Shown: one piece after another, positions 1 through 12,492 of the stretch
Layout of the letters: the number at the start of each line of letters is the position of its first letter
How positions within the stretch are numbered: position 1 is the stretch's first letter
NCBI GenBank assembly: GCA_012295275.1
Contig: CM022670.1
Location: 16,182,001 to 16,246,000 of the forward strand
Direction: 5' to 3'
Source: Chrysomallon squamiferum
Lineage: Eukaryota; Animalia; Mollusca
DNA: 64,000 bases
The notes under the pieces: generated by a model
The model's input: the letters and a program-made list of their open reading frames with translations, nothing else
The model's database searches: none
Told to the model about the DNA's origin: nothing
Made by a program: the position numbers and the translations under genes

Positions 1-2059
1 AAAAACTGTAAAATGTATTATAATAAATAAGCAATTATATTATGTTTATCACTTATATTTTAATATATATATATATATAAAAAAACAATATTCTATCAAA
101 TTACCAGGATTTCCACAATACAGTCCAGTTAAAAAACTCAAAAAAAATCTTAAAAATGTATCATTTGGGTGTATTTTATTAATATTTTATTATTATTTTA
201 TTTTATTTTATTTTATTTTATTATTTTATTTTATTTTATTTTATTTTTTTGGAAGATAGAATAATTTAACATTAATAATTGACTGTTTCCTGATCGTTTG
301 TTTTTGGGTGTATTTTTAATGCACAAGTATGCTTTGATATTAAACCTTGTTCCCTCTTGGAATCTAGCCTGATGAATTTGCTGCAAATTACAGTTAATGC
401 TATTTAATACATCTTTGTTGAAAGTAATATTTTTAAAAATAATTGCTATTATGGACATCAGCTTTTTCTTGAATGGTATTGTTAACTTACGTTTTCTTAA
501 AAAAAGGTTATGTTTATTTGTAAATTCATTGTCTCTACATGTGTGTGTGTGTGTGTGTGAAATGAAAATATTATATGAAAGTACCAGTATTTACATAATA
601 CAGGTCAATTAAAAATAGAAATCTTAAAAATATCATTTTGTGTATTCCAATAATTGTGTTGTTGCTTATTCATCATTTTTTTATTAATGTTTTTATTTAT
701 ATACTTTTATTTTTATTTTTTTTATTTTTTTTTTAATTGAGAGGTAGAATAATTTAATGCTAAAATAGTAATTGGCTATTTTCCAATCTCTTTTCTTAAT
801 GCACATGTAGTCTTTGATATTAACATATTTTAATATTTATTGATAAAAACTGTAAAATACATATATAATAACTAAGCAATTATATTGTGTTTATCACTTA
901 TATTTTAATATATATATAAACAATATTCTACCAAATTACCAGGATTTCCACGATTCAGTCCAGTTAAAAAAACACAAAAAAAAACACATCTTACAAATAT
1001 TATCATTTTGTGTGTATTCTGAAGATTTTACTATTGCTTATTATCATTTCTTAATTAATAATTTTTATATTTATTAATTGTTTATTCTTTTATTTTATTT
1101 TATTTTATTTTTATTATTATTATTATTATTTTTTTTTTTTTTTTGAAAGATAGAATAATTTAACATTAAAATAATAATTGGCTATTTCCTGATCATTTGT
1201 TTTTGCGTGTGTTATTAATGCACAAGTATGCTTTGATATTAAACCTTGTTCCCTCTTGGATTCTAATCTGGTGAATTTCCTGCAAATTACAGTTAATATT
1301 ATTTAATACATCTTTGTTGAAAGTAATATTTTAAAAAATAATTACTATTTGGACATCAGCTTTTTCTTAAATGATATTGTTAACTTATGTTTTATTAAAA
1401 GAAGGTTATGTTTATTTGTAAATTCATTGTCTCTACCTGTGTGTCTGTGTGTGTGTGTTGTGTAAAATGAAAATATTATATGAAATAACCAGTATTTACA
1501 TAATACAGGTCAATTAAAAATAGAAATCTTAAAAATATCATTTTGTGTATTCCAATAATTTTGCTGTTGCTTATTCATCATTTTTTTTATTAGTGTTTTA
1601 TTTTGTTAATTTTTATTTTTTTATTTTTTTTTTTTTTAATTCAGAGATAGAATAATTTAATGCTAAAATAGTAATTGGCTATTTTCTAATCATTTTTCTT
1701 AATGCATATGTGACTTGATATTAACATATTTTAATATTTATTGATAAAAAGTGTAAAATGTATATATAATAAATAAGCAATTATGTTGTGTTTATCACTT
1801 ACATTTTAATATATATATATAAACAATATTCTATTAAATTACCAGGATTTTCCCGATACTGTCCAGTTAAAAAAACAAACACATCTTACAAATATTGGAT
1901 ATCATCCTTAATGAATCATTTTGTGTGTATTCTGAAAATTTTGCTGTTGCTTATTATCATTTCTTAATTAATATTTTTTAAATTTATTAATTGTTTATTT
2001 TATTTTATATTTTTTTTATTATTATTATCATTATTATTATTATTATTATGTTTTATTAT

Positions 2060-2091
<32 letters not shown>

Positions 2092-3266
2092 TGTTTTTGT
2101 TTTTTTTGTTTTTTTGAAAGATAGAATAATTTAACATTAAAATAATAATTGGCTATTTCCCGATCATTTGTTTTTGGGTGTGTTATTAATGCACAAGTAA
2201 ACCTTGTTCCCTCTTGGATTCTAGCCTGGTGAATATGCTGCAAATTACAGTTAATACTATTTAATACATCTTTTTTGAAAGTAATATTTAAAAAAATAAT
2301 TGCTATTTGGACATCAGCTTTTTCTTAAATGATATTGTTAACTTCTTAAAAAAAGGTTATGTTCATTTTTATTTGCATTGTCTCTGTGTGTGTGTGTGTG
2401 TGTCAAATGAAAATATACGAAATTACCAGTATTTACATAATACAGGTCAATTAAAAATAGAAATCTTAAAAATATCATTTTGTGTATTCCAATAATTTTG
2501 CTATTGCTTATTCATCATTTTTTCATTAATTTTTTATTTTATAGAATTTTTTTTATTATTTTTTATTTTTCTTTTTAATTGAGAGATAGAATAATTTAAT
2601 GCTAAAGTAGTAATTGGCTATTTTCCAATCACTTTTCTTAATGCATATGTAGTCTTTGATATTAACATATTTTAATATTTATTGATAAAAACTGTAAAAT
2701 GTATATATAATAAATAAGCAATTATATTGTGCTTATCACTTATATTTTAATATATATATAAATAATATTCTACCAAATAACCAGGATTTCCACGATTCAG
2801 TCCAGTTAAAAAAAAAAAAAAAAACCCATATCTTACAAATATTGGATATAATTTTGTGTGTATCCTGAAAATTTTACTCTTGCTTATTATCATTTCTTAA
2901 TTAATAATTTTTATATTTATTAATTGTTTATTCTTTTATTTTATTTTATTTTATTTATTATTATTATTATTTGTTTGTTTTTTTAAAAGATAGAATAATT
3001 TAACATTAAATAATAATTGGCTATTTTCCGGTCATTTGTTTTTGGGTGTGTTATTAATGCACAAGTATTCTATGATATTAAATTTTGTTCCCTCTTGGAT
3101 TCTAGCCTGGTGCAAATTACAGTTGATACTATTTAATACATCTTTGTTGAAAGTAATGTTTTAAAAATAATTGCTATTTGGACATCAGCTTTTTCTTAAA
3201 TGATATTGTCAACTTATGTTTTCTTTAAAAAAGGTTATGTTCATTTGTATTTTCATTGTCTCTGTG

Positions 3267-3320
<54 letters not shown>

Positions 3321-5075
3321 GAAAATATATGAAATTACCAGTATGTACATAATACAGGTCAATTAAAAATAGAAATCTTAAAAATATCATTTTGTGTATT
3401 CCAATAATTGTGTTGTTGCTTATTCATCATTTTTTGATTAATGTTTTTATTTATATACTTTTATTTTTTATTTTTTTTTTATTTTTTTTAATTGAGAGGT
3501 AGAATAATTTAATGCTAAAATAGTAATTGGCTATTTTCCAATCTCTTTTCTTAATGGATATGTAGCCTTTGATATTAACATATTTTAATATTTATTGATA
3601 AAAATTGTAAAATATATATATAATAACTAAGCAATTATATTGTGTTTATCACTTATATTTTAATATATATATATAAACAATATTCTACTAAATTACCAGG
3701 ATTTCTATGATACAGTCCAGTTAAAAAAAAAAACCACATCTTACAAATATTATCATTTTGTGTGTATTCTGAAATTTTACTATTGCTTATTATCATTTCT
3801 TAATTAATATTTTTTAAATTTATTAATTGTTTATTTTATTTTATTTTATTTTATTTTTTTATTATTATTATTATTTTTGTTGTTTTTGTTTTTTGGAAAG
3901 ACAGAATAATTTAACATTAAAATAATAATTGGCTATTTCCTGATCATTTGTTTTTGGGTGTGTTATTAATGCACAAGTATGCTTTGATATTAAACCTTTT
4001 GGATTCTAGCCTGGTGAATTTGCTGCAAATTACAGTTAATACTATTTAATACATCTTTGTTGAAAGTAATATTTAAAAAAATAATTGCTATTTGGACATC
4101 AGCTTTTTCTTAAATGATATTGTTAACTTATGTTTTTTTAAAAAAAGGTTATGTTCATTTGTATTTTCATTGTCTCTGTGTGTGTGTGTGTGTGTGTGTA
4201 AAATGAAAATATTATATGAAATTACCAGTATTTACATAATACAGGTCAATTAAAAATAGAAATCTTAAAAATATCATTTTGTGTATTCCAATTATTTTGC
4301 TGTTGCTTATTCATCATTATTTGATTAAAGTTTTATTATATAGATTTTTTTTTTTTTAATTGAGAGATAGAATAATTTAATGCTAAAATAGTAATTGGCT
4401 ATTTTCCAATCACTTTTCTTAATGCATATGTAGTCTTTGATATTAACATATTTTAATATTTATTGATAAAAACTGTAAAATGTATATATAATAAATAAGC
4501 AATTATATTGTGTTTATCACTTATATTTTAATATATATATAAACAATATTCTACCAAAATACCAGGATTTCCACAATACAGTCCAGTTAAAAAAACAAAA
4601 AACACATCTTACAAATATTGGATATCATTTTGTGTGTATTCTGAAAATTTTCCTATTGCTTATTATCATTTCTTAATTAATACTTTTTTAAATTTATTAA
4701 TTGTTTATTTGTTTATTTTATTTTATTTTATTTTATTTTATTTTATTTTATTTATTATTATTATTATTATTATTTTTTTTTTTGAAAGATCGAATAATTT
4801 AACATTAATAATTGGCTATTTCCCTATCATTTGTTTTTGGATGTGTTATTAATGCACAAGTATTCTTTGATATTAAACCTTGTTCCCTCTTGGATTCTAG
4901 CCTGGTGAATTTGCTGCAAATTAGTTAATACTATTTAATACATCTTTGTAAAAATATTTTAAAAATATTTTAAAACATAATTGATATTTGGACATCAGCT
5001 TTTTCTTAACTGATATTGTTAACTTATGTTTTCTTTGAAAAAAGTTATGTTCATTTGTATTTTCATTGTCTCTAC
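1..5075. repeat. AT-rich tandem satellite, ~850-940 bp unit, ~5.6 copies in window (continues off the left edge)
   Basis: The block aaaactgtaaaat..ataataaataagcaattatattgtgtttatcacttat recurs at ~1, 845, 1746, 2687, 3600 and 4468. Each unit carries the same ordered motifs (cttgttccctcttggattctagcctggtg; ggacatcagctttttctt; (GT)n; taccagtatttacataatacaggtcaatt). The last copy is truncated near 5075. Confidence 0.97.
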
Positions 5076-5219
5076 TATGGACTCTCTACTATGTAGCTGT
5101 TTTCAGAGTTTGTCATACTATTTATGATAAATGTATTTACATATGTTTTTAAACTTCATTTTATTTTCCTTAAAACATTTTTATGTATAATATATTACAA
5201 TACGAATGTTGTTTTGGGT

Positions 5220-5256
<37 letters not shown>

Positions 5257-5377
5257 TGGGTTTTCGGTTTCTTTTTTCACTGTGGGTGGGTTGGTTTTGT
5301 TTTCTAATCATGTTCATGTAATTAAAAAAAAAAAAAATTAAATCTGAGTTGTTTTATCTGTTTAATACTTATATATA

Positions 5378-5414
<37 letters not shown>

Positions 5415-6544
5415 CTCTTTCTTGTAAGTTAAGATCAGGCATTTGAATATTTATTTTCACAAATATACGAATTCACATAACAAAGTTTCAAACATAATCC
5501 ACATTTTATCAATTTGTAAATTCTTATATATTTTTGAGTCTAGAAGTACTTGTCTTAGTCACTACAAGAATGATTATCAATTACTTTAATAAAAGTAATT
5601 GACATTATACTTGTATTAGCAACATTGATTTTTGTCTATCACTGTTTTGTTAGAAAAACATCAACATTAGTTTCTTTATTGAATAATGCACAAAATTTAA
5701 AAAAATGTGAATTACAGAATAAATTCATCATCTGGTGAAAAATGACAGTTTTTTTTTTAAATCTTAACAGTTTCTTTCAAACCTAACGTTTTAACTGCTG
5801 TATCCCAGATTGATAGTATAATCTTCAGGCTGTATTGTGGTTTGCTTAGGAAGTGCATATGTGTACATAGACACACACACAAACACACATCCTACCATTC
5901 ATTGTTTTGTTTTGTTTGAAGAAAAAATCAGTCCTTACAATGCTAGTTACTGCCAAAACTGTCATCACACACTATGTACTTGAGCAAAAATAAATAAACT
6001 CCTTTGAGATTAAACTATGCATTTATTTGCTCAAGACTGAAGCACAAGCTGTGCAACATTCATTTAATTTCTGGACCAATCCAGAAAAGGAATCTAGCAC
6101 ATCTCTTTTTCAGAACAAATTGTGTCAAAAGAGCTCTTGAAAGCACAACTATGACCTATTAAGATATGTAAACACAATATTTGAATCCTATGATATGCAC
6201 TCAGTCCTGCTGAAGGTTTCTTGGAATGAAGTGACCTGTTGTTACATAACCTTTTGACCAATGAGAATGGGGGTCATTTCCATGCTCTAGCAATTATTTA
6301 TTTTTAACAAATTTTAAGTTGTTATTATTATCATCATCATTATCATCATCAAATGTTAGAAATGTGTGTTTGCTCCTGGAATGAATTATTAAATAACTTA
6401 TTTGGGCCAAAATATTCCTCTTTGGGAGGCTTATTTTTCTTTTTCATGATTACTTTGCATTTGTGTGGTATATCTGGCAACCTCGGATATTTAAACTATT
6501 ACTCTTTACTCAATTTATTTGTAATCATTTTATTTTTAATTCTA

Positions 6545-6635
6545 AGACTTCCATGTCTTCTTGACCAACTACCTATTCCCTTGATTGTTGTGGGAGATTT
6601 TAATAGTCACCACACTTTGTGGGGATGTGAGGATT
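6545..6635 (+). mobile_element. Non-LTR retrotransposon APE-endonuclease fragment (decayed)
   Basis: Translates to LLDQLPIPLIVVGDFNSHHTLWGC. GDFNxH..WG is the hallmark APE-endonuclease motif of I/Jockey-type LINE ORF2. Confidence 0.75.
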
Positions 6636-6899
6636 AAATATTTGAGGACAGTAAGTATTTCTGTTAATTGTTAAAGTCTCCAAACTAATGAGAAAAAATC
6701 TTTTAACCTATTTCAGAAATAAATATTTTACTATATGTTTGCAAGAAGATGCTTAATTAATTATCAGTTAGCTTTTAGAAACTGTAATGGAGAAATAGGA
6801 GGATAAACAATTGTTTTTACCTTTAAGAAAAAGAAGGACAGAAAAAAAAAAAACAAAAAATCTAAAAAACATGAAAATATTTAAAACATTAGCTGAAGG

Positions 6900-7590
6900 A
6901 GAGAGAAGACTTCTTTAGGTCTACAAACTGGTAGAACATGGAGAAAAACTGTCAGTGTGTTTTATAGCCTAAAAAAGAGAAAACACGAGACAATGCATTA
7001 ACTAATACCAGACAGTGAAAATAATGTTTTAGAAAATCAAAAACAAATTGAGAAATAAGAAGTAAGCTTTATTATATACAAAGACACTGATTTGACTAAT
7101 ACTGACTTGGGCAGAATAATCCATAACCTTAGAAGAACTGTACTAAACACTACTATGTCAAAATCACTAGAGGAATAAATGACTTAAAAGTTACTAACAT
7201 CTTAATAACAAAACAAAAAAAAAAAAAAAAAAAAATAAAGTTGCCTATAGTTACATACATTTGGTCTGATGTTAGCTATTTTGTAAGAAATTTAAACCTG
7301 GATAAGTTATGTCACCAAAATTTTGATTCATTATACTATTCCAAAGAAAGATAAGGCAAAAGAATTTGTTAAGAACTGGAGAATAGTATCACTTATAAAC
7401 ATTTACAAAGTAGTATCGGGAATCACTGCAGAAAGACTAGTATCCACAGATCAAAATTATACATGATCAATCAATAGATGATATATTATGTGTTATATTA
7501 TACATACAAACAAAATAAACCAAGAAGGCTATTAACTTTAGATTTTGGAAATGCATTTGATATAATTCTGTGGAAATTTTTAGGACTGTT
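6900..7590 (+). mobile_element. Degenerate L1/Tx1-type LINE ORF2 (linker plus RT N-terminal part) remnant
   Basis: Frame-broken peptides W*EHGEK (~6929), IPKKDKAKEFVKNWRIVSLINIYKVVSGITAERL (~7338-7439) and PRRLLTLDFGNAFDIILWKFL (~7520-7582) match the L1/Tx1 ORF2 motifs W.EhGEK, PK....KNWRPISLLN.DYK and LDFEKAFD...W.FL. Confidence 0.75.
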
Positions 7591-9572
7591 ATATCAAATA
7601 ATAGATTCATATCAACTTTTAACAAACACATATTTTTTTAGTCACTACAAGAATAATTAATTATTTTAATAAAATTAATTGACTATATACATGTAATAGC
7701 AGTACTGATTGTTAAAGAAACTGTATATTTTAGATACATGCATGCAAACATACACAAATAAATATAATTTAAATAATTTACTATTTAGCAACCAACAGAA
7801 ACAGAGATAAGAGGGTGTTGTGTTTCTTTCCTTGATGTGTATATCAGTCATTACTGATCTTGAAATTGATCTGTCTAAATTAGCATAATATCAAATATTA
7901 GATTTGTTTTTAAAAATAACAGACACATCTAATTTGCTCTTTAATTTAATTTCATAAATAATATCTGAAAACACAGAGTGTGAAAAAAGTGCATTATTAG
8001 AACATTATTGCTGATTAATAAACTTTGTGCACACAATAACTTCAAATGAAGAAACATCTAGGTCTACAGAGTTCTCTTTACAACTAGAAAACAAACAGTT
8101 ACTTGATAGAAAAGGTTATTCACTATGAAATATAAAAAAAAAAAGTTTTAAATTTGTTTCGGTATTTTTATTTTGTATTTCTGTTTTTAAACTAGCAGTT
8201 TCTTTAGTTTTGTTTGTCCTTATTAAAGATGAATACAACAAAATGTAATCTTTCTGTACTAGAATTAAATGTTATATCACAATTGATTTTGTCCTTTTTA
8301 AGAGTGCAAGTCTTCATATATATATATAACTTCTTTTAGTTTGATCCTGATCATCAGGAGATGCCTTGAGGTATGACATGTGGTTGATATGACTAGAAAG
8401 TTATTTCTTTAAGAGTACACTCTGTAACATTATCATTTTATGTGACACAGCCTTCAAAGAACAAATTCAATTATTTACACTTTGTGAAGCAATACAATAG
8501 TCATTTTAGTAATTATCCTGTAAGAAAGTTATATTGTGTCTATACTGTAAATGAAACATTTAATCTGAGGTGATTTAAAAATTACTGAAATGTTGTTTTT
8601 TCATTTTCTTATTATTCAAATATTCAACAATAAGAATCACTGCTGTGAGATGCCCAGGATTTCTGTTTTAACATTAGTACAGATGTAAAGTTTATGTATG
8701 ATCTATGAAGAAGATTTTTCTCTAAAAGATTTTGTCTACAGGCAAAAATTAAACTGAATGATTCTTGAATATTTAGTAGATATCATTTTCAACCCTAATT
8801 TCAACATTTTGTACAGTAATTATTTTTTATCTTTTATTTGCATGTGCCTGTCTTGACATTACACTGAGTTTTTTTCTTGAGTATAACCTATATACAATTA
8901 AAGAAACAGAAAAAATGTAAGGAGGTGTATTATTTATTTAAACTAAATGTTGTAATTGGGAGAGTTTAACAAGCTGCATGATCACAAATACTGGAATAAA
9001 GTGCTGCCTCAATGAATCAGCAGCTTATATTTCAATGTTATCTGCTTTTGGCTTTGAAAGACTTTCTGCATCTCCAAGCACCAAAATAATTTTAACAAAG
9101 CATAAATTAAAGTTCTTTTAACCCAGTTCTTCTAATAATAAGCACCTTTGTTTGTTTCTAAATTGTTAAGAATAAAAATCAGAATACAGAGTTAAATGGA
9201 AATGTTGTATTGTGGTTCATCAAACTTTTCATTGGGAATGATATGAAAAAAAACTATCAAACAAACATCATTGCATGTGTAATTTACAGCAAGTGTTTAT
9301 ATTAATCTAATCTAAAGAGTTATTTATCTCTGTGAAATGCACCAAAACAACCATATCAAAATGAGTCTGTAACTAGTCATAGGCACAGCAAAATACAACA
9401 AGCAGTGTCTAAAATTACATTTAATTACTGCCTATTTTACAGTTGAAAAAAAAACAAAAAAACTTTAAACTTAGCATTTTTTTACGTAAATCTCCCTGAA
9501 ATGAAATAGCTGTGGATAACTACACATACATCAATGTTAACTGTGATCTGTGAAGTCCTATAAACTTTCAGT

Positions 9573-10341
9573 TCAAACATCAGACTCCTGCACATGTCTG
9601 TGTCTGGCCGTTCTTTCATCACTTGAAACTGTTTCATCATCATCTCTCAATGTTTGTTGTTCGCACTGACATGACTCTGAATCTTCTGCTTTATTTGACA
9701 CTGTTTCTAATCCTGTGTTTTCTTCAGATGATTTGGAAATGTTTTCACAGACATTATCTTCAAAAACAGCATCATCTGCTGCAGGTTGTGATGCAGGTTG
9801 TGATACAATCTTTTCTGATGTTTCCTGAGAGAGAATGATGGGTGAGACAGTCTGGGATCTTGATAAATCTGGCATTGACTGCAAGCTGATATCCAGAGAG
9901 GACAGTTCTGCTGCTGATTGAAAGCTTGTATCGGAACATGACATTCCTGAAGATCGAGGAGAACTGGATTCAAAGCATTCTGAAGAAGGTCTTTTTGGCT
10001 TTGGACTGGCAGATGATGGATATCTTTTAGGCACAACAATGAAAGTTCCTGATCTCCGTTTCAGTCTGTTTTCAAGATCTTCACGAGATCTTCTTGAATG
10101 TCTGGCTGACTCGTCAGAATCACTGTGTGCTGGAGAGTGACCTTTATTCTTTGTGTCTGGCGATGACGTCCTGCTGCTAGTGGGTGACCGGCTTATCTGA
10201 CGATGAATCAGATTCTCAGGCGACCCCGATTCCTGAACCAGCTTCCACATCAACTCTTCATAATCCATCGACAGCCTCTTGTTTGTCTTACTTTCCTTTT
10301 CACATCTTTTCATCAGGTGCTGGTACCGACCATGCAGTTGT
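9573..10341 (-). CDS. Gene 1 terminal exon 19: MTUS coiled-coil end plus Ser-rich tail ending QESDV
   Basis: Acceptor ttcacag|A CAA CTG (phase 2). ORF QLHGRYQHLMKRCEKESKTNKRLSMDYEELMWKL...QESDV*, with TGA at 9575-9573. Confidence 0.93.
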
Positions 10342-10623
10342 CTGTGAATTAATCAAAAGACTCAACTTAAAGCATTCATTTCAAGATGTTTATAAATCAG
10401 TGTTTTGTTAAGAGTGATAAAATGATCATTTAAATTGAAAAGTAATAAAGCTAAATGTTCGTTTCAATTAACATTTCAGCTTTTGAATGTTTTATAGATA
10501 AACAAGTAGTGAATGACAATGTTATAAGCTGTTTATTATATATACATTTTACAGTTTTTATCAATAAATTTATAAAATGGCTATTTGTTTTCAAAAAGGT
10601 TTTTTTTTTGTTCAGCAAATTAC

Positions 10624-10721
10624 TTTTCATTGTCTGTTTTTATATTCACAATAGCCTCCAAATTCTCTATTTTTTGTTGGTAAGAAGCAATTCTCTCTTG
10701 TGCAATAGGCAACTCTTCCAG
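10624..10721 (-). CDS. Gene 1 exon 18 (coiled coil, LEELPIAQERIASYQQKIENLEAIVNIKTDNEK)
   Basis: poly-T-ag acceptor and AA|gtaatt donor; 98 nt, phase 0 to 2. Confidence 0.9.
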
Positions 10722-10937
10722 CTAAAAAAAAAAAAATGAAAAATTTTAATAATAATTTATAAATAAAGAGGTAAACTGAAATGCATGGAGAAGAGTTTCT
10801 TATAATTCATATGAAAAAAAAAAGAAAAACAACTAATTATTTAAAATGTTGAAGGATTTATAATATAATCTTTATTTTTAAAAATATATATTAATGTTTA
10901 TTCTTTACATATGAAAAAAAAAAAATGTTTGACTTAC

Positions 10938-11057
10938 ATGTTTTTCAAGTTCCATGTTTTTGAGGCGCAGTTTTTGAATTTCTTCATTTCTCATCTCTAT
11001 GACAGTTTTTAAACTTTCAATTTCCTTGGGTAGATTTTCATATGGCTGTAGTGCAAG
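10938..11057 (-). CDS. Gene 1 exon 17 (LALQPYENLPKEIESLKTVIEMRNEEIQKLRLKNMELEKH)
   Basis: cttcag| acceptor and |gtaagt donor; 120 nt, phase 0 to 0; MTUS-like ESLK.V.E.kNE motif. Confidence 0.92.
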
Positions 11058-11269
11058 CTGAAGCAGATATATAAAAGTTAAAGATTTTTACTTTTATTAT
11101 GTTAGTGCAGTTTTGTTCTAAAAATCTCTGATTATTCAGAAGAGAAAGGTCAATGCAAAGTTAAATACTCCTGTCCATATTAAAACAATTGCAATTTGTT
11201 TGTTGTACTAATCTAAACTACAATAATGCAAATGAAAAATCTTAATTCAATATAAAAATCTGACAGTTT

Positions 11270-11950
11270 GAAAAACAGTTTTATAGCTACTTCACTCTAG
11301 GACATTGGTTAATTTACTGCACAGACTACAAAAAAACAGTCTATTTGATGCCTACTTCACTCTAGAATACTAGTTAATTTACTGCACAGACTACAAAAGA
11401 CAGTAAAAAAACAGTCTATTTGATGCAGTATAAAAAACAGTATTTGATGCTACTTCACTCTAGAATACTAGTTAATTTATTGTACAGACAGTATAAAAAA
11501 CAGTATTATATGCTACTTCACTCTAGAATACTAGTTAATTTACTGTACAGACAGTATCAAAAACAGTATTTGATGCCTACTTCACTCTAGAATACTAGTT
11601 AATTTACTGTACAGACAGTATAAAAAACAGTGTATTTTATGCCTATTTGTACAGACACAGTCTATTTGATGCCTACTTCTAGGATACTAAAAATTAATAT
11701 ACTGTAGTTAATTTACTGTACAGACAGTATAAAAAACAGACAGGATCAGTATAAAAAACAGTCTATTTTATTTTATGCCTGGTTAATTTACTTACAGTCA
11801 GAATGAAAAACTGTGTTTTAATATACTGTACAGACAGGATCAAAAACAGTCTATTTTATGCCTTCTTCACTAAAGGACATGGCTTAGTTCTCTGTACAGA
11901 GAGTATTAAAAACAGTCTGTTTTACTCCATATTTCACTCTAGGACACTGA
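11270..11950. repeat. Intronic minisatellite, ~60-65 bp unit
   Basis: The unit ctacttcactctagaatactagttaatttactgtacagacagtataaaaaacagt.tatttgatg is repeated about 10 times, degenerate towards the right end. Confidence 0.92.
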
Positions 11951-11951
11951 C

Positions 11952-12050
11952 CTGAACTCTAACATCAGAATCGCGGAGAAGAGCTTCTTCACTCATTTTA
12001 GCCCGTTTTCTGTTTTCTTCACATTCAGCCTTCATCATCTCAACTTTCTC
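11952..12050 (-). CDS. Gene 1 exon 16 (EKVEMMKAECEENRKRAKMSEEALLRDSDVRVQ)
   Basis: tttacag| acceptor and CAG|gtcagt donor; 99 nt, phase 0 to 0. Confidence 0.9.
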
Positions 12051-12418
12051 CTGTAAAAATAGCTCACAACATCAGCATAACTTTCAGATTTAATTTTCTC
12101 ATAACATTTTATCACTGTTACAAATGTTTTACATGAAATAATTTTTTAAATACATAGCAACACATTTTATCAATCCAGCAATTTGAACCTTGCATTAATT
12201 ATTAGTTTGCAAGGCTTATCGAAAACAGGATTCCCTCCTATTGATTCAAAATATTTAATTAGATCAAAGAAGTTTTTAGATTTCTTACACAATGTGGTCA
12301 ACTGAGTAATTCATTTAAAATTCATAGGAGATATAAGAGAATATTTTAGTTTTGAACTTGGATGCTTGCATGAATGTTTGACAAAATGATATATTTAGTT
12401 TGATAATATAAATCTTAC

Positions 12419-12492
12419 TCCGAGTGCAAGTTTGATACTTTCAAACCGGTTTGTCATATCTTCCACTTTACTGCGATGTTGCTTGTGTAGTT
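12419..12492 (-). CDS. Gene 1 exon 15 (ELHKQHRSKVEDMTNRFESIKLALG)
   Basis: cttacttag| acceptor and |gtaaga donor; 74 nt, phase 1 to 0. Confidence 0.88.

Noticed and set aside
231-5321. Short ORFs recurring in the satellite (MDISFFLN..., QEGTRF...)
   Set aside because: Lengths and frames differ between copies; low complexity; no recognisable domain.
7900-9572. Exact polyadenylation site of gene 1 (likewise gene 2 in 55400-59114)
   Set aside because: Too many AATAAA/ATTAAA matches in AT-rich DNA to choose one without transcript data.
11270-11950. Regular repeats superficially like a CRISPR array (also 16665-17003 and 23788-23990)
   Set aside because: Units are contiguous and degenerate with no unique spacers, there are no cas genes, and they lie in spliceosomal introns.
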